The notes: a model not told the origin generated them from the letters alone. A stretch of DNA of 64,000 nucleotides from Mantamonas sphyraenae STR306 (GCA_026936335.1 JAPMXV010000063.1:161578-225577), one strand, 5' to 3'; shown: positions 1-14,044, counted from the first letter of the stretch. Numbers and translations are program-made.

Positions 1-3000
1 ACGCGCCTTGACTGCGCCCACTGTCTCGTGGATGCCAAACTGCGCGCTGAACGACTGGCCGGCCACGCTGCGCACCTGCACGTTGATCAGTGGGCCACGC
101 CAGTCCACACCGTGGCGCTGTAGCGGCGTGCAATCGTCGATGGCCCGGCAGTGAGCAGCCAACTTCAGGTCAAACTCGTCCAGGAAGGTCTTGAGCACGC
201 TCAGCGAGCGGCGGATCGGCAGTTCGTTGCTCGTCGATTGCGCCAGTGCCTTGCGCATGTTTTGCATGCAGCTGTGCACGTACTCTGCACGCTTGGCATC
301 CCTGTCCAGGCGCGCGTCCACACACTGGTGCAGCACGTTCAGCGTGGTGATGGCCGTGTTTCCAACCTCGGCATCTTCTGCGTTCAGTGCAATTTCCCAC
401 AGGTGATCCACGCCCATCAGCGAGTTGCTTGTCACGCGTGTGATCTCAGCCGTGTTGTCGTCGAAGCGCAGGTGCACGCGGTTCACATAGCGAAAGTAGT
501 AGATGAAGAAGCTCATGCCAGTGGAGGTCAGCGTGCGCACGTCCAGCGAACTCATCTTTTCCGTAAAGATGTACTCGGTGGTCTCATCTGAGAAAGGCGT
601 GCCCATTGTGTGTTGTCGCACACGCTCCAGCCAACCCAGGAACTGCTCCTGCTCGCGCACGTCCACCGCCTGGTTGACCAAGCACTGCCACAGCATGTCC
701 ACCTGCATGTCGTTCAGTTCCAGCTGCGAGTTGATCAGCACAAACTGCAGAAATTCCAGGCGTTCGTTCAGCTGGGCCTGGTGGTTGTGGCGCTTGCCCA
801 CGAGCAGCTTGCTGCCCAGATTTGTGCGTTCGTCCTCGCTCAGCGCCTGCACAGCTTTCGCTGCCTCTTCTTTGTACCACTGCAGGTCAAAGAAAAACTC
901 CTCGAGCAGGTTGTGCTTCTCCTCCAGGCCGACGATGACGTCGTCCTGCAGGATGAACTTTTGGCGTGGTTGGCCCTGCTGCGGCTGAGGCTGACGGAAC
1001 GGATAGCTCGTGAGGATGGTTTTGGCCACGCGCAGGGCAGCCACAACTGACTTGTGCTGGCCCAGGTTTTCCAGGCACAGCGCAAGGAACTTGTTGCGCT
1101 GCGAGTTGACCAGGGGATAGGCCATAAACTCTTGCAGGTGGTACAGGGCTGTGCCGGCGGCCGCTTCGGTGCACTCGCTCTCCTCCTGACCCAGCTTCCA
1201 CAGCAGGTCCAGGCCGTACCAGCGGAAATCGTCGAGCGCCACCTGCATGTTTGTCTGTGTGTTGATGCCATTCAGGGTGAAGTTGCGCACCATGTACAGC
1301 GAGGTCTGGTTGAACGAGCTCTCTTCCAGGGAGGCGATCTTGGGCCACAAGTAGTCAAGGTCGGGCACGCTGAGCGACATGGCCAGACGGTGGATCATGT
1401 CAAACACACTGTGTGCCACGGCCTCGTGCTTGCCCTGGAAGCAGTTCCAAAGGGCGTCCAGTTGCTCGTGCGTCAGGCAGTCGTGGATGGCATAAAACTC
1501 GGGCACAGCCACGGCGCGCTTGAGGATTTCCAGGTGCATGTTGGGGCCGATGAGATACTCAAAGATTTCGTGCTGTTGCAGCCACTGCAGCAGGTACTGC
1601 GAGTCGTAGCTGATGTTGAACAACTCAGGAAAGTTGTTGCGGTAGTTGTTCCTGTCCTGTGCCGTGCGCAGCTTGCTCTCCGTGTCCTCCTTGCTGCGGA
1701 TGCGCTGGATAAACTCGCAGATGTCGGCGATGCCCTGAAGGCGCTTGTTCATGATGTCCGAGTGGAACCAGCGACGCGCAAGCTCCAGTTTGAACTCGTC
1801 GATCATGCGGTTGGCCGTGACGCGGTCGCTCATGCGCATGTACAGCGACTGCATGTACATGGACACCTGGTTCAGGTCTTTCTTTTCCATCAGCTTCATC
1901 TCGACGTCGGACAGCCCCAGGATGCGTGGCAGCACCAGCGGCCGGAGCCTGTTCAGCAGAGGGATCAGCTCGGCGTCCTGCATGCACTCTTCGCACTGTG
2001 GGCAGACGTGCGTATGGTGGAATGTGTATATGGGTCAGTCGTGTCACGTGGTCCGTCGATGCCGTGGCTGTGTGCGCCACGTCGGGGCAAGCGCGAGAGT
2101 CGGGGGGGGAGAGAGGGGCAAACACAAACGCGCAAGAACGACACGTCGTCGACGCACTGCGTACGCGCATGCACGCGGCACGTGAACAACACAGGGTATG
2201 CGTGGCACATATGTGCAACCTACCGTGTAAAACGGGGCGACGAGGAGAGCGAGAAAGGCCGAGTTGGGCCTGGTTTCGGTGTTCTCGTCGGCGATGCGGG
2301 TCAGCAGAGTTTCAAAGCCACCCGCGTTGCCAAACGTGTTGAGGTTGATTAAATAGAACACAGAGGTGTCGTAGACGTCATTCTGTGGCACGGTGGTGTG
2401 TTGGGTGCGTGAGTGTGAGTGTGCGCCCCTGTGTGCGCGAGACACGTCCTGCTGCGCGAGAGGGAAAAACTGACCCCTGCGCCCGGCGCCAGAGCAAACA
2501 GACGCTCGCCCTCCTGCAAGGTCACAAAGCTCTCGTAGTTCTGTGCGGCACAAGGCAAGCGCCCCATCGATTGCGTCGTGATGCCTGTGTGTGTCAGTGT
2601 CCCTGTCCATGTGTCGTCGCTCCAAGGCGTCACGCGTGTTTGCGTGTTCGGCACGTGCGCACTTTTCTGATCACGTTCCCGCGCCTTCTTGCCAGCCCCT
2701 CCAAAACCCACCTGGTGCGTGCACTGTACCGTCCGCGTGTAAAAGTTGTTGCGCTGCTCGTCCAAGATGCGGCCCATCAGCTCGTACAACTCCAGCATGT
2801 CCAGCGGGGCCAGTGTCAACGTCAGCAGCAAGGCCTGGCTGACCACCACGTTCACCTGCACCACGAGCTCGTCCGAAAACGTCCTGCACACACGCAAACA
2901 CACGCATACACACACACACACCACACCAGGAGCCAAACGCACATGCGTCGGTGTCAGCAACACACGTCTCTGTGCACATCCCTTTGCCACACGCGCTCCT

Positions 3001-3320
3001 TGCGCTGCTTTTGCGCTCTGCGTCCGTCTCCCAAAACTCACGAGCGTCGCAGCAGCGCAGACACCAGGCGCGGCAACACCTTGCGCAGAAAGTCGTTCAT
3101 GTCTTTGTCCAGCGCAGCCGTCATGTCCAAGTCCTGTGCAAGCTGGATCCAAGACAGCAGCGTGTTCAGCTCATCCGTGGGCGCTTTGTCTGCGAGGCGC
3201 CCGTCTTTCGTTGTCAGTCGAATTCCCGCCACGTGGCCGCCTCCCTGCGCCTCACTGCGATGGATCGACACCCCGCACGCTCTTCCTTCTACACTCACCC
3301 GTCTTGAACGAGCGCTCCAT
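1..3320 (-). CDS. USP9X/USP24/USP34-like (fat facets family) ubiquitin-specific protease, N-terminal part; multi-exon, runs off the left edge of the window
   Basis: Manual minus-strand translation gives KRLQGIADICEFI, MHLEILKR and LDALWNCFQGKHEAVAHSVFDMIHRLA, resembling the USP9X N-terminal helical region (LDNIWAAQAGKHEAIV...). Candidate ATG at 3320 is followed by a GTGAGT donor. The catalytic domain is not in the window. Confidence 0.7.
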
Positions 3321-3441
3321 GGACAAGTAGCCTGCCGTAAAAGGCAATTTGCTTGTCATTGCGGGCTGCGGTTCGGTTGGCGGCACAGGCGCGCGATGCT
3401 TCATTTTCCTTGGCCACACTCCACACTCAACTCATCCCCCG

Positions 3442-5803
3442 TCACGCACTCGTCTCCAACTCGACAGTCACATTTTCAACGCCTGCGTTGGCAAAGAGGG
3501 TGTTGACGCGTTGCAGGATAGCACGCTGGTCAACACCAGACGCAACTTCCAGCTTGAGCGAGCCCACCATTTCCTGGTCCTTAAACACCCACAAGTGCGG
3601 GTTCTCGTAGCTCAACACCCCTTCAATCTGCGAAACCTTGGATAGCAGCCTGCTGAGCGCCCCCTCCATGTGCGGAGGCGTGCGCTGCAGCAACACCTGT
3701 GCGCTCTGTGACAGCAACGGCAGCGCAGAGCCAAAGATAAGCACGCCAATAATCATGGAGCAGATGGGATCGGCAATCATCCAGCCGTAGTGTTCGATCA
3801 GCAGCGAGCTGATGATCACTCCTACGCTACCCAAGGTGTCTGCCAGCACGTGCAGGAAGATGCCGTACATGTTTTCGTTGTGGTGATGATGATGATGTCC
3901 ATGGTCGTGGTCGTGGTCGTGATCGTGGCCATGATCGTGGCTGTGATCGTGGCTGTGATCGTGGCCGTGGTCGTGGCCGTGGTCGTGGCCGTGGTGATGA
4001 TGGTGGTCGTGGAACGCAAACAGGCCCACCAGGTTGACCAGGAAGCCACCGACACTCACCAACAACAGCCGCTCGGTCGTCACCTCGGGTGGTTCCATGA
4101 ACCGCTCAAACGACTCGTAGATGACCGTGACCGCAACAAAGACAAGGAACACCGCGTTGACAAAGCCAGACAACACCTCGTATCTCCCGTACCCGTACGT
4201 ATAGGTTGCGTTTGGCTTCCACTGCGACATGACTGCTGCGTACAGCGCAATGGCCAGGGCGGTGCAGTCAAACAGCATGTGTGCAGCGTCGGAAATCAGG
4301 CCCAGCGAATTGGTCCAGATGCCGTAGATAAATTCGATAAACATGAAGGCCAGGTTGACCAACAAAAAGTAAAAGATGCTGCGGCTCTTTTCGTTGTCCA
4401 CAATGTTGCGGACCACCGACACAAACACGGTCCAAGGCGAGCGTTCCGTGGCGGCGGAGTAGAACACGCCCTTGCTGCCTGCGTTGGGCAGCACATTGCC
4501 ACGCTGGGCAAACACCAAATGGAAGCCATACAACAGCAGGCCAAACGACACCAGCAGCAGACCCGACTTGTGTGAACCGCCGGCACACTGCTCCAGCAGG
4601 ACCGCCGTCGCAAACGACGCCCCAAGCGCAATCTTGATGATCCCACCCATGGACAGGTACGCAGCCACCACGGCCTCCAGATACAGCTCCGATACGACCA
4701 CAAAGGCCACAGACAGGACCAGCGCCAGCAGAAACGAGCTCGACCACAGCCTCGCGCGTACCTCGACGTCCGTCTGCACGCTCAGGTGTCAGTCTCATCA
4801 CTCAGGCTCTCCATCTGCCTCTCTCTCCATCTCTCGCTCATGATCCCATGTGTGTGTGTGTGTTGTTGTGTGACATGCCTGCCTCGCTTACCATAAAGTA
4901 CTGCACGAAGCCGACGGGTGCGCTGATGACCGTAGCTGCACACATGGCCAGTACATACAACCTGCGCATGCCACCAATGTCTGCAGAGAGCAGACGCGAC
5001 GCGTTCTTGCGCACAATGGTGAGGATGGTGGCAATGAGGAAGCAAAAAATGCCCGCCGTGGTGGGAGACATTTGCAGCAGCGCAAATTGCACCTCTTGGC
5101 TCTCGGCCACGCTCGGATGCGTGATATCTGCCTGCGTGGAGGTGTCCACAGATGCGTCGACGGTCGCAGGTGCTGCCACTGCACTCACGGTGGCGTTCTT
5201 TGCGCTCGCCAGCTGCGTAGCGGCCGTTGACGTGGCAGCTCCGCCTCCCCCGCCAAAGAGCATCGTGCTGTAGGCCAGCAAAATCAGCACCGTGCCCTGC
5301 AACTGGAGGTGTACAAGACCACCCGACGGTGGCTCTGTGTCAGTGTCATCGATGGTCAAGTGGACGGCATGTTGCTGTGGCTGTTGCACACTCACCTTGG
5401 TAGACGTGGAGCCGGCAAAGTTGACCACGACGCCCGCGACACACATGAGGGCAACGTCGGAAAAGTCCATGAGCACCGTGCGCACAGGGCCGCTGAACTG
5501 CAGACCCAGGTGCCAAAAGTAGAACGTAGCAACCATGAGCAATCCATGGATGGCCACACGCACCCACTGCTTGCTGGACACCTTTGTAAACAGGCTGAAG
5601 GGCCGTTCGAGGACCAGCAGCACAAGTGTGGAGAAGAACAGCAGCAGCGACAGGTACACCGACAACGGGAACCACACCACCGTGTTGCCCTCGCCTGTGC
5701 CGCTCAGGAAATGCAGCACAAAGAAGATGGCCACCGCTCGCAGCGCCTTGGATAGCGTCAGGGCGATGGGCCAGCGCGAGTTTTTCTTGCTCGTGGTTTG
5801 CAT
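3442..5803 (-). CDS. Cation diffusion facilitator zinc transporter, ZnT5/SLC30A5/Msc2-like (long N-terminal TM region); multi-exon
   Basis: [35 protein letters not shown], His-rich loop and [16 protein letters not shown] signatures; upstream hydrophobic exons start at MQTTSKK (5803). Confidence 0.9.
3881..4010 (-). repeat. 12-bp/3-bp coding tandem repeats encoding the His/Asp-rich loop (HDHG/HDHS)n of the zinc transporter
   Basis: Plus strand shows repeated atcgtggctgtg / gtcgtggccgtg units. Confidence 0.85.
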
Positions 5804-5879
5804 TTCTCCTGGGCTGCGCTGCGCATGGGTCAACGCCGCACACAGGCACACACACATAACACCGCACGCACACTCCTCT

Positions 5880-8800
5880 TTACGCCAGTTTGTTGTACAG
5901 GTCCCTGTAAATCTTGCCTTGGCGCGCCTTGCCGCGGAGATACAGCAAAGATTGGCGCAGGTAGGTGGTCTCCACCACTCCGGAATCGTACGCCAGACGG
6001 AACAGGCGCAAGGCCATCTGTGCGGCCGGCTGCGACATCTGCGCGTGCGCAAGCATGTAGTTGAACAAATCCAGGGCGCACTCCGCCTCTGCACGCAGCC
6101 TTTCCTGATCTTGCGTGTCTTCGCCAATGTCCGAGATGTGCGTCAGGATCTTGTCGAAAATGGTCTGCATGAGCTCTTCCAGCTCGTCGGCAAACGACTG
6201 ATCGCCTGCGTACAGGACGTCGTTCGAGTCCACGCGCTCGACGTGGTATGGCAGCTGCGCCTGGTAGAAGGACGACAACAGCGCCAGGGTGTGCATAAAA
6301 ATCTGGATCTTGGCGTCCGAGTGAGCCTTCCACTGGTAGGCTTCGACCACGTTGAGGAAGCCCCTCGTCATGTACAGCGGGCCCTGCTCCGGGTGTCCCG
6401 GCACCACCACCAGCAGCGACAGGAACGACTTGAGGAAAGTCACCAGACGAGCCTCTGTCTCAATGACCCCAATGCCCGACGGCGAAGGCATGACCGACGG
6501 CACGTCGGGCACAAGTGTAATCGCCGCTTTGAGAAACGCGTCTGCCTGCGACAGGCTCATGTTCACCAGTGACACCTGGGCACCTAGCTGGTAGAGGTAG
6601 AGACGCGAAAACACGTTGTCCATCGACGGGATGGTGATGTAGCAGTACGCGAGGCAAGCACGCGCAAAGTTTGCCGTTTTGCGCGTGTGTTTGCCTCGCG
6701 TCAGGCTGTGCGCTTGCATGGCCAGCGAGGCCACCCCGTGCACCAGCTCTCCCTTGACTGCGTCCAAGTTGGCGTACGCCTGCCTGCAGTCCACGTAAAA
6801 ACTCAGCTTGCCCTCCAAATCCGTGCCAAAGTCGATTTTGCGGATGAAAGCAATGATGAGGGCGGAGATCTGGCGGACCTCGTCCTTGAAGCTCATGGAG
6901 TTGATGGTCTCGTGGAGGGCCTTGGAGATGTCAAACATGGCCTGGATCTGCACGGGGTCAAACGTGACCTCTGCGTAGGTGCCAAAGTGTGCGAGCACGC
7001 GCTTGTACACCTCGATTTTTGTTTCGCCCTCGAGCAGGTCGAGGATGGGCATGAACTTGGACATGCTGAAGATCTTGCTAAAGTCGTGGTAGTGCACAAG
7101 CACCTTGTTGATGACAGACTGCAGCCGCTCCTGGTAGTCTTTGAAGGCCTTGTCCTTGACAACGCGCTTGTACAGGCCGGAAAGGAGGATGTTGGCATCC
7201 TTGTGGCTGAGGTAACGCAGCGGGTACTCGATGTACGTGTCTGCAATGGGCACAAACACCTCTGGGTCTGAGATCTTGTTGACAGTCTTCCACACCTGGT
7301 TGAGGATCTCGAGGCGGTCCTCTTCGGGGGGCGGCGAGAGGCACAGGTGGATCCCGAGGGTGTTGAAGAGCTCGTGCTTGGGGAAAGTATCTGTTTCCGC
7401 GTCTGCAATCAGGGTGCATAGGTTCTGTGCGTTGTTGCTAATCCAGGGCGAGGGGAAGCTCTGGATGATGGAGTTGAGGACCATGGCGTTCTTGGTGAAC
7501 TTGCGGTAGTTTTTGAGCACTTGAAAAAGGATCTTCTTGGGCGACTTGTAGGCGATGCACTGGAGCATCCACTCTGCGGCAGGCTGGTACAGGGTCAGGT
7601 AGGTGTCCATGTCGCATTGCCTGCGCGCAAGGTAGCTTGAGAAGCGCGGGTGGTCGAGCTGGCGCAGGGTGAAGAGGTAGTCGTTGAAGTTGTGGACGAG
7701 GTAGTCCTTGACGTCGGGGCACACCTGGTGGCCCTTGCGTGCAAGGTAGCAGCGAGCGTAGGCGGCCACGAGCGGGTCGCCGACGCCTCGAATCATGGAG
7801 GCGATGCGCTGCAGGGCGTTGACGTACTCGGTGTCGGAGTAGAAGCGGTAGCACTCGAGGATAGCCAGCTCGACGTAGAGGCGAGGCAGGAGTTCGCGGA
7901 TGCTTGCGATTTTGTAGAACCAGTTGCGGCAGGTCTCCTTGGCGTGGGAGTTGACCATGCTTGCGGTAAAGTCGTCGGGCAGGGGCTTTCGCTCGCCCGT
8001 GTGTGGGTTCTCGATGCTTGCGCGCGACTTGATGCGGTTGAACACGAGGGTGCCAAAGGTTTCGAGGATCTCTGTGATCAGCACAAACTGGGACGGGTAG
8101 AACTTGATGACGTCTGTGTTGCCCAGCAGCTTGGCGGCCTGGATGGCCATCTTGAGGGAGGTAACCTTGTCGTCGTGGGTCCATGCCGAGCGCAGCTCGT
8201 CGTTGAGGGACTCGATGTGTGAGACGTACTCGTTTTGTGACAACTCCATGTACTTCTTCTCCGTGTCCTCCTTCTCTTCCAGCTGCTCCAGGCGCGACTT
8301 GACCTTGTCGACGTTGACCTTGGCTGTGTAGGCAAGGGCAAGGGGGATGGGGGGAGGTTCATGGAGGTCGGGATCGAGCGTGTGGCACGGAGGTGAGGGG
8401 AGCTGTGGCGTGAGCAAAGGGAGGGAATTTTGGGTTCGGGGCGACGGGGGTGGGGTTTGGGGCGGGCGCACAGGAAGACGGAGCAAGGAAACGTACGGTT
8501 GGCAGCCTCGTCATCGGGAATAAAGTTGACTTGGATGGCGAGGAGGTCGGAGGTGGTGTACTTGTTGAGAATGGCCGACTTGCGTGTCTTCCACGGCACA
8601 AAGTCTTCCTCGTACTCGAGCTTGGAGACGGTGTGGGCAAGGGCGGTGGCGTCTGTCACAGCCTGGACATGGTCGGCAGAGAGGGCAGCGACCCCAGTGA
8701 GTGGGGCACTGTCCTTGGCCTTGAGTGCGCTGAGAGGGTCGATGGCGTCGTTGGAGGAGGCGCCAGCCGAAGAGAGAGGGTCAAAGTCGGCGGCTGCCGA

Positions 8801-9124
8801 GCTGCTGCTGCTGCTGCTGCTGCTGCCACTGCTGCCGCCACCCAGCTGCACGCCACCACCCAGTTTCTTGGTCTTGCGCTTGCCCTTGGAGGCGCCCTTT
8901 GTGTCGCTGGAAGAGACAGCGGAGGAGGAGGAGGAGCCAGCGCCCTGGTCAGCCTCCTGGTCTGCGCCACCTTCCTCCGCCAGCTCTTCTGCAGACAGCT
9001 TCATCATGGAACGACGCAGCGGATGGTCCTTTGTGCGACTGCCCTGCATGCTGGCAGCGACGAGTTCTGCCTCGTACTCACGTGCAATCGGGATCCAGCG
9101 CTTAGGCTTCTCCTTGCTTGGCAT
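5880..9124 (-). CDS. VPS35L: VPS35 endosomal protein-sorting factor-like (Retriever subunit, C16orf62); one predicted intron near 8330-8495
   Basis: N-terminal DHPL and DPL motifs, FYPSQFVLITEILETFG, AKETCRNWFYKIASIRELLPRLYVE, GVGDPLVAAYARCYL, GHPEQGPLY, YHVERVDSNDVLY. Confidence 0.92.
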
Positions 9125-9295
9125 GTTTGCGTGGATGGGCCAGGGGGAGTGGCGGATGAACATGGACGGACGATGGCCAGGAATGGAAGGAAGGCTGATA
9201 TGGAGGAGGGCAGGAGTGTGTGAGTGTGTGTGAGTGTGCGTGTGTGTGTGTGCAACAACAGGTGCATGGGTTGGCCCAGCAAAAACCCTGCGGCC

Positions 9296-11510
9296 ATGTC
9301 CTCGAACGAAGGTGAAGAAGACGTGCAGCACGATCGTGTGAATGCAACCAAGTACTACATCAAGAATTACTACGACAAGCTGTACTCGGATATCCAGCAG
9401 CGCGAACTGAGGTGAGTGGCACTCGGAAATCATGCCTGCGCAGCACACGCGGTGACGTGAATGGGCCAAAGTGGAGATACAAACGGCTGCTCTCGCCTCT
9501 GTGCATGTATATGGGTGTGAAATGCGAGGGCGATGACATAAATGCCTTGTCGTGGCCGGAGGTGGTGCGGATGCATGTTTGCGCACTTCCTGCGCGCGCA
9601 TCGAGAAGGCTCCGGACAGGCGGGCTATGGTCATCATGAGCCCAGGGTGCCGTTGATGAGCCCACATGTTCATAGCATTGGGTGGACAGGGTGGATATGT
9701 GACGCAGGAGCACAAGGAGGGGGCGGCGAGGCCGTGTCTCTCCTGTCGTGCGTTTTCCACGCGCACAAATTTGTGCGATCCCTCCTCCGCGCGGAGATGG
9801 CTGACACAGAGACACGACGGCACGTTTGCTGCTTCCTGGGCGCACGTGGGATGTCCTGGTGCTATGTGGCGGCTGCACACACAGGCGACAGGAGCTGGAA
9901 GATGCGATGCAGCAGAGTGAACTTACGGAAGAGGAACGCGATCGGCTGCTGAGCGTGTACCTGGAGAAGGAAAGCGAGTACATGCGGCTGAAGCGCAAGA
10001 AGATGACTATTGCCGACTTTCAGACCCTCAAGGTGATCGGCAAGGGCAGCTTTGGCGAGGTGAGTGCTTTTTGCCGAGAGCGGCCAGCTTTTCGGTTGGA
10101 GGGCGAGTTTCTCGACGACACAACAAGAGTGTTTCCCCGCGCGATAGAGCGGTGTGCAATGGGCGCGAGCTCACTGTGGCTCACACACGCATGCAAACAC
10201 ATACGTTTACACACATAAACACGCGCACGCACAGGTTCGTCTCGTGAAAGACAAGGAGACGGGCGAAGTGTTTGCCCTGAAGAAAATGAGCAAAGAAGCT
10301 ATGATCGAACAAAAGCAGGTGAGTGGCCACACGGGGACGGGGTAGAACGCACACCACGTGCAAACGCAACATGGGCGTGTGTTGCAGTCGCGTGCATGTG
10401 CATGTGGCGTGGCTCTGCGTGAGGGATGTGGAAAAAGGGTGGAACGTGCAGCTGTAACCCTGATCAGTTGGGCGGACGCACACTCACACGGCACGCACGG
10501 CACAACTAAAGATCAACAACATCCGCAACGAACGCGACATCATGACCATGTTCAACGACAACCCGTGGGTGGTGACACTGTACTACAGCTTCCAGGACAA
10601 CGACTTTCTGTACTTTGTGATGGAGTACTACCCCGGCGGCGACCTGTGGAACCTGCTGCAGAACACAGGGCTGAGCGAGGACGAGATCCGCTTCTACTTG
10701 GCCGAGGTGGTGCTGTCCATCGACAGCATCCACCAGATGCAGTACTTCCACCGCGATCTGAAACCGGAGAACATCCTGTTTGACCGCGACGGCCACATCA
10801 AGCTGGCAGACTTTGGCCTGTGCAAACCTGTGGGTGAACAGCACGAGCCACTGATCAACTCGCTTAAGGACAAGGAGGCGCGGGAAAAGGTGGCCAAGGC
10901 GCACGAAAACACCTCCACAAAGTACAAAATCGACACGTGGCGCAAGCAGCGCAAGGAGATGGCCTTTTCGGTGGTGGGCACGCCTGGATACGCGGCGCCA
11001 GAGGTTATGTACGAAACGGGCTACGGCAAGGAGTGCGACTGGTGGTCGCTGGGCGTGATGTTCTTTGAGATGCTGTTTGGGTACCATCCATTCCACGCCG
11101 ACAACATCGAGGAGCTGTGCATCAATGTGCTCAACTGGAAGACGACGCTGAAGTTTCCCAGCGACATCGAGGTGACGGAGGAGGCCAAGGACATGTTGAC
11201 GGGCCTGATCTGCGATGCCAAGGAGCGTCTCACCGTGGACGACATCAAGGCGCACCCGTTCTTTGAGGGAGTTCCCTGGGACGAGATCCGGTACTTGGAC
11301 CCGCCGTTCATCCCACGTGTGCAGAACATCACCGACACCACGTACTTTGGCGAGTTTGCCGACGAGGAGGTCGAAGACGACGACGAGCTGAGCGAAGAGA
11401 ACACCACTCCGCGCTACAAGCAGATGGATGGCGATCAGATGGCATGGGTGGGATTCACCTACAAGAGGTTCGACGCCGTTATGGACAAGCAGACGCGCAT
11501 GGATGGGTGA
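9296..11510 (+). CDS. NDR/LATS-family Ser/Thr kinase (STK38/Cbk1/Orb6-like); 4 predicted exons
   Basis: N-terminal MOB-binding region (KYYIKNYY...EKESEYMRLKR), GKGSFGEV, HRDLKPEN, DFG followed by the NDR-type insert, AFSVVGTPGYAAPE, hydrophobic motif WVGFTYKRF. Confidence 0.93.
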
Positions 11511-11574
11511 GGAGGAGAGGAGACAACAACAAGCCGACTGCGCCGCGGCCACCAAGAAAGCAACGTTTGAAACC

Positions 11575-12062
11575 ATGGAGAGTGTTAGTGAGTTGAACAG
11601 ACGGGATGGGATGGCAGTCAACGTTGGGTTGGGTTGGATGGGTATGTGCTGACTCTTGGGATGGGTGTGTCGTTCTCTGTGTTGCGTGTGTGATTGGCAC
11701 CAGACCCGCACGCTGAGCAGCAAAAGGTAGGTGCTCAATGAGCCACACCAAACGGGCCCATGTGTTGAAGGCACACACAGCCCAGGGAGGGAGGGTGGCC
11801 ACGGGGTGAGTGTGTGCGTGTTTTGTGAGTGGACGAGACGCTGACGGGTGGCCGTTTGGCGGATTTTCGCGCTTTTTGGCGCGCGCACGCACAGGTCCTC
11901 ATTGAGCGCATCATCATGAGCGTGGAAAAGATGAACGAGGTTGTGGACGAGGTGAACAACGAGATGGGCAAGCTGGAGCCGTATGTGGACGACATCCGAA
12001 CAGTGAACGAGCTGTGGTCGCGCTACAACCGCAACGTCGACTTTCAGCTGCGCTCGCTTTGA
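11575..12062 (+). CDS. DAD4: DASH/Dam1 complex subunit Dad4; 3 exons (11575-11587, 11704-11726, 11895-12062)
   Basis: Predicted spliced product MESVNPHAEQQKVLIERIIMSVEKMNEVVDEVNNEM...LWSRYNRNVDFQL matches the Dad4 pattern (MENPH.E.Q..LL.RII.NV.KLNE....N...Y..NV.F.L). Donors GTGAGT/GTAGGT and CAG acceptors are canonical. Confidence 0.8.
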
Positions 12063-12133
12063 GTGTGTGGCGCATGCATGCCAAAGGACAGGTGCGGTGA
12101 CAAATGTACAAACCCGTTGATTGAACTGGCTGC

Positions 12134-14044
12134 CTAGGCAAAGCCCAGACGGCGCATCTCCCTCTCCAGCTCTTGCTCTTGGCGTCGGGTGAGCGCCATG
12201 ATGCGATCATTGGCCTGCGACCGCTCCATGCCGTACTTCTCCTCCAGACGCTCACGTTGGGACTGAGACAGAGCCTGTTGCAGGGTGCGTTCGCGTTCCA
12301 ACTCCTTGTTCTGTTCGACCTCGAGCACTCGCAGCAGCTCTTCGTTCTGATGACGGCGGATGTCCTCCAGGATGCGTTCGGCCTCCACCTCGCTCACACG
12401 GGGCTTCCTGCTGGTTTGGTCGACGGTGCTGTTTGTGCTTCCGTTGCCCGTCTGCTTCTTGGCAGGGCGTCGTCGACTGTTGCCGCTCATCATTGGCTGT
12501 TCCCGTTTGATCTGCACCGTTTCCTTTTCCACGCTGTGCACCTCCTGTTCCGTCTTGCTCGGCGTTCTCGTCGACGACTTGCTTGCCGAGCCAGGTCCCG
12601 CCTGTGTGCGCGGCCCCTTGCGTGGTCCGGGGCTTGCTTTGCCGTCGCTGCCCCTGTTGTTGCGAACACTGCTCTTTGGCGTGCTGCCACTGCTTGGCCG
12701 AGTTTGCGTCTTCTGTGGCGTCTTTGATGGTGTTTTGCTCGCCGTACTGTTGCTGCCTGCTCCGCGACGCGTGCGTGGCTTGCCTGCACTCATTGGCCGA
12801 TCCTGCTTGATGGAAACCGCGCCTGGGCCGCCCGTCTTGCGCACCAGTGCACTCTGTGGACGACGTTTGGAGGAGGAAGACGACGACGAGGCCGTGCCGC
12901 TGCTCCTGCGTCGCTCCTGGCCGCCGCCCTCCAGATTGTCTGTGTCGATCTCCTTCAGAGAGTTGAAAAACATGTCCGCCACCTTGTCGTCCACGTGGTT
13001 CAGCTTCTTCCTTGAGATCTTCACTGTCTTGTTCTTCTTGATGGTTTCCACAAGTTCCAGCATCTGCTCCTTCTCCCGCTTGCTCTCGGCCGCAATCTGC
13101 TTCCGTTTCGCCACCAATTCCTCTTTCTGCTTCTTCAGCGCCTCCGCACGCTCCACCTTTTCCTCAATCTTCTTGGCCTGCATCTCTGCTTGATACTCCC
13201 GCTGTCTCTTGAGCCTGGCCAGCTTGTCCTTGCGCCTCTCCTCCTCCAGCAGCTTGGCCTTGCGTTTCTCCAGCAACTCCTTCTCCCTTGCCAACCGTGC
13301 CGCCTCCTTCTGCTCCTCCATCGCCTTGTTCCTGGCCTCCAGCTTCCGTGCCTCTGCCTCCACTCGCTCCTCTGCACGCTTCTTTGCCTCTTTCCGCTGT
13401 CGTTCGCGTTCCAGCTCCTGCTCGTGCCGCCGTGCCTCTGCCGCTTTGCGTCGCGCCTCTCGCTTCGCCAGTCGCTCCTTGGCCGCCTTTTCACGTGCCT
13501 CCAACTCCTCCAGTCGTTGCGACTCCATTGTGTCCACCTTGTTCTTGGCCTCTCGGATCTCCCGTGCCCGTTTCTCCGCCGCCTCTCGCTCTCGTCGCCT
13601 CTCTTCACGCTTCTTTGCCTCAAATTCACGCCGTCGCTTCTCTCGTTCCGCCTCGGTGGCTTCCAGTTGCTCCCTTTGCCGCCGTTCCTGCTCCATTTGG
13701 TGCTTGCGTGTCTGCTCCAGCCGCTTCCGCGTCTCTTCCTGCTTGCGGGCAAGCTCCTCCGCCTTGCGACGACGTGCCTCCTCCAGTTGCTGCGCACGTT
13801 CTTCGTCCTTGCGTGCCAACTCCTCCTCTCGTGCCAGAATCTGCTGTCGTTGGCGCTCCTGCATTGCTTCCAACTGCTTGCGACGCTCCTCCGCCTTTGC
13901 CAGTCGCTCCGCTTCCTGCGCCTGCCGCTCCTTCCGCTTCGCCTCGGCCTCTGCCTCCTCCTTCTTCTTCCGTTCCAGCGCCTCTTGAAAGTTGCGTGCC
14001 TCTTGCTCTCGGATGCGAGCCAGCTCAGCCTCCTGCGTCCTTCC

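Noticed and set aside
1054-2352. Long plus-strand ORF here and similar ones (e.g. 32012-33751, 52287-53588, 61177-62892, 10506-11888)
   Set aside because: They are antisense shadows of real genes, caused by GC-rich codon bias; V/L/H/Q-rich with no motifs.
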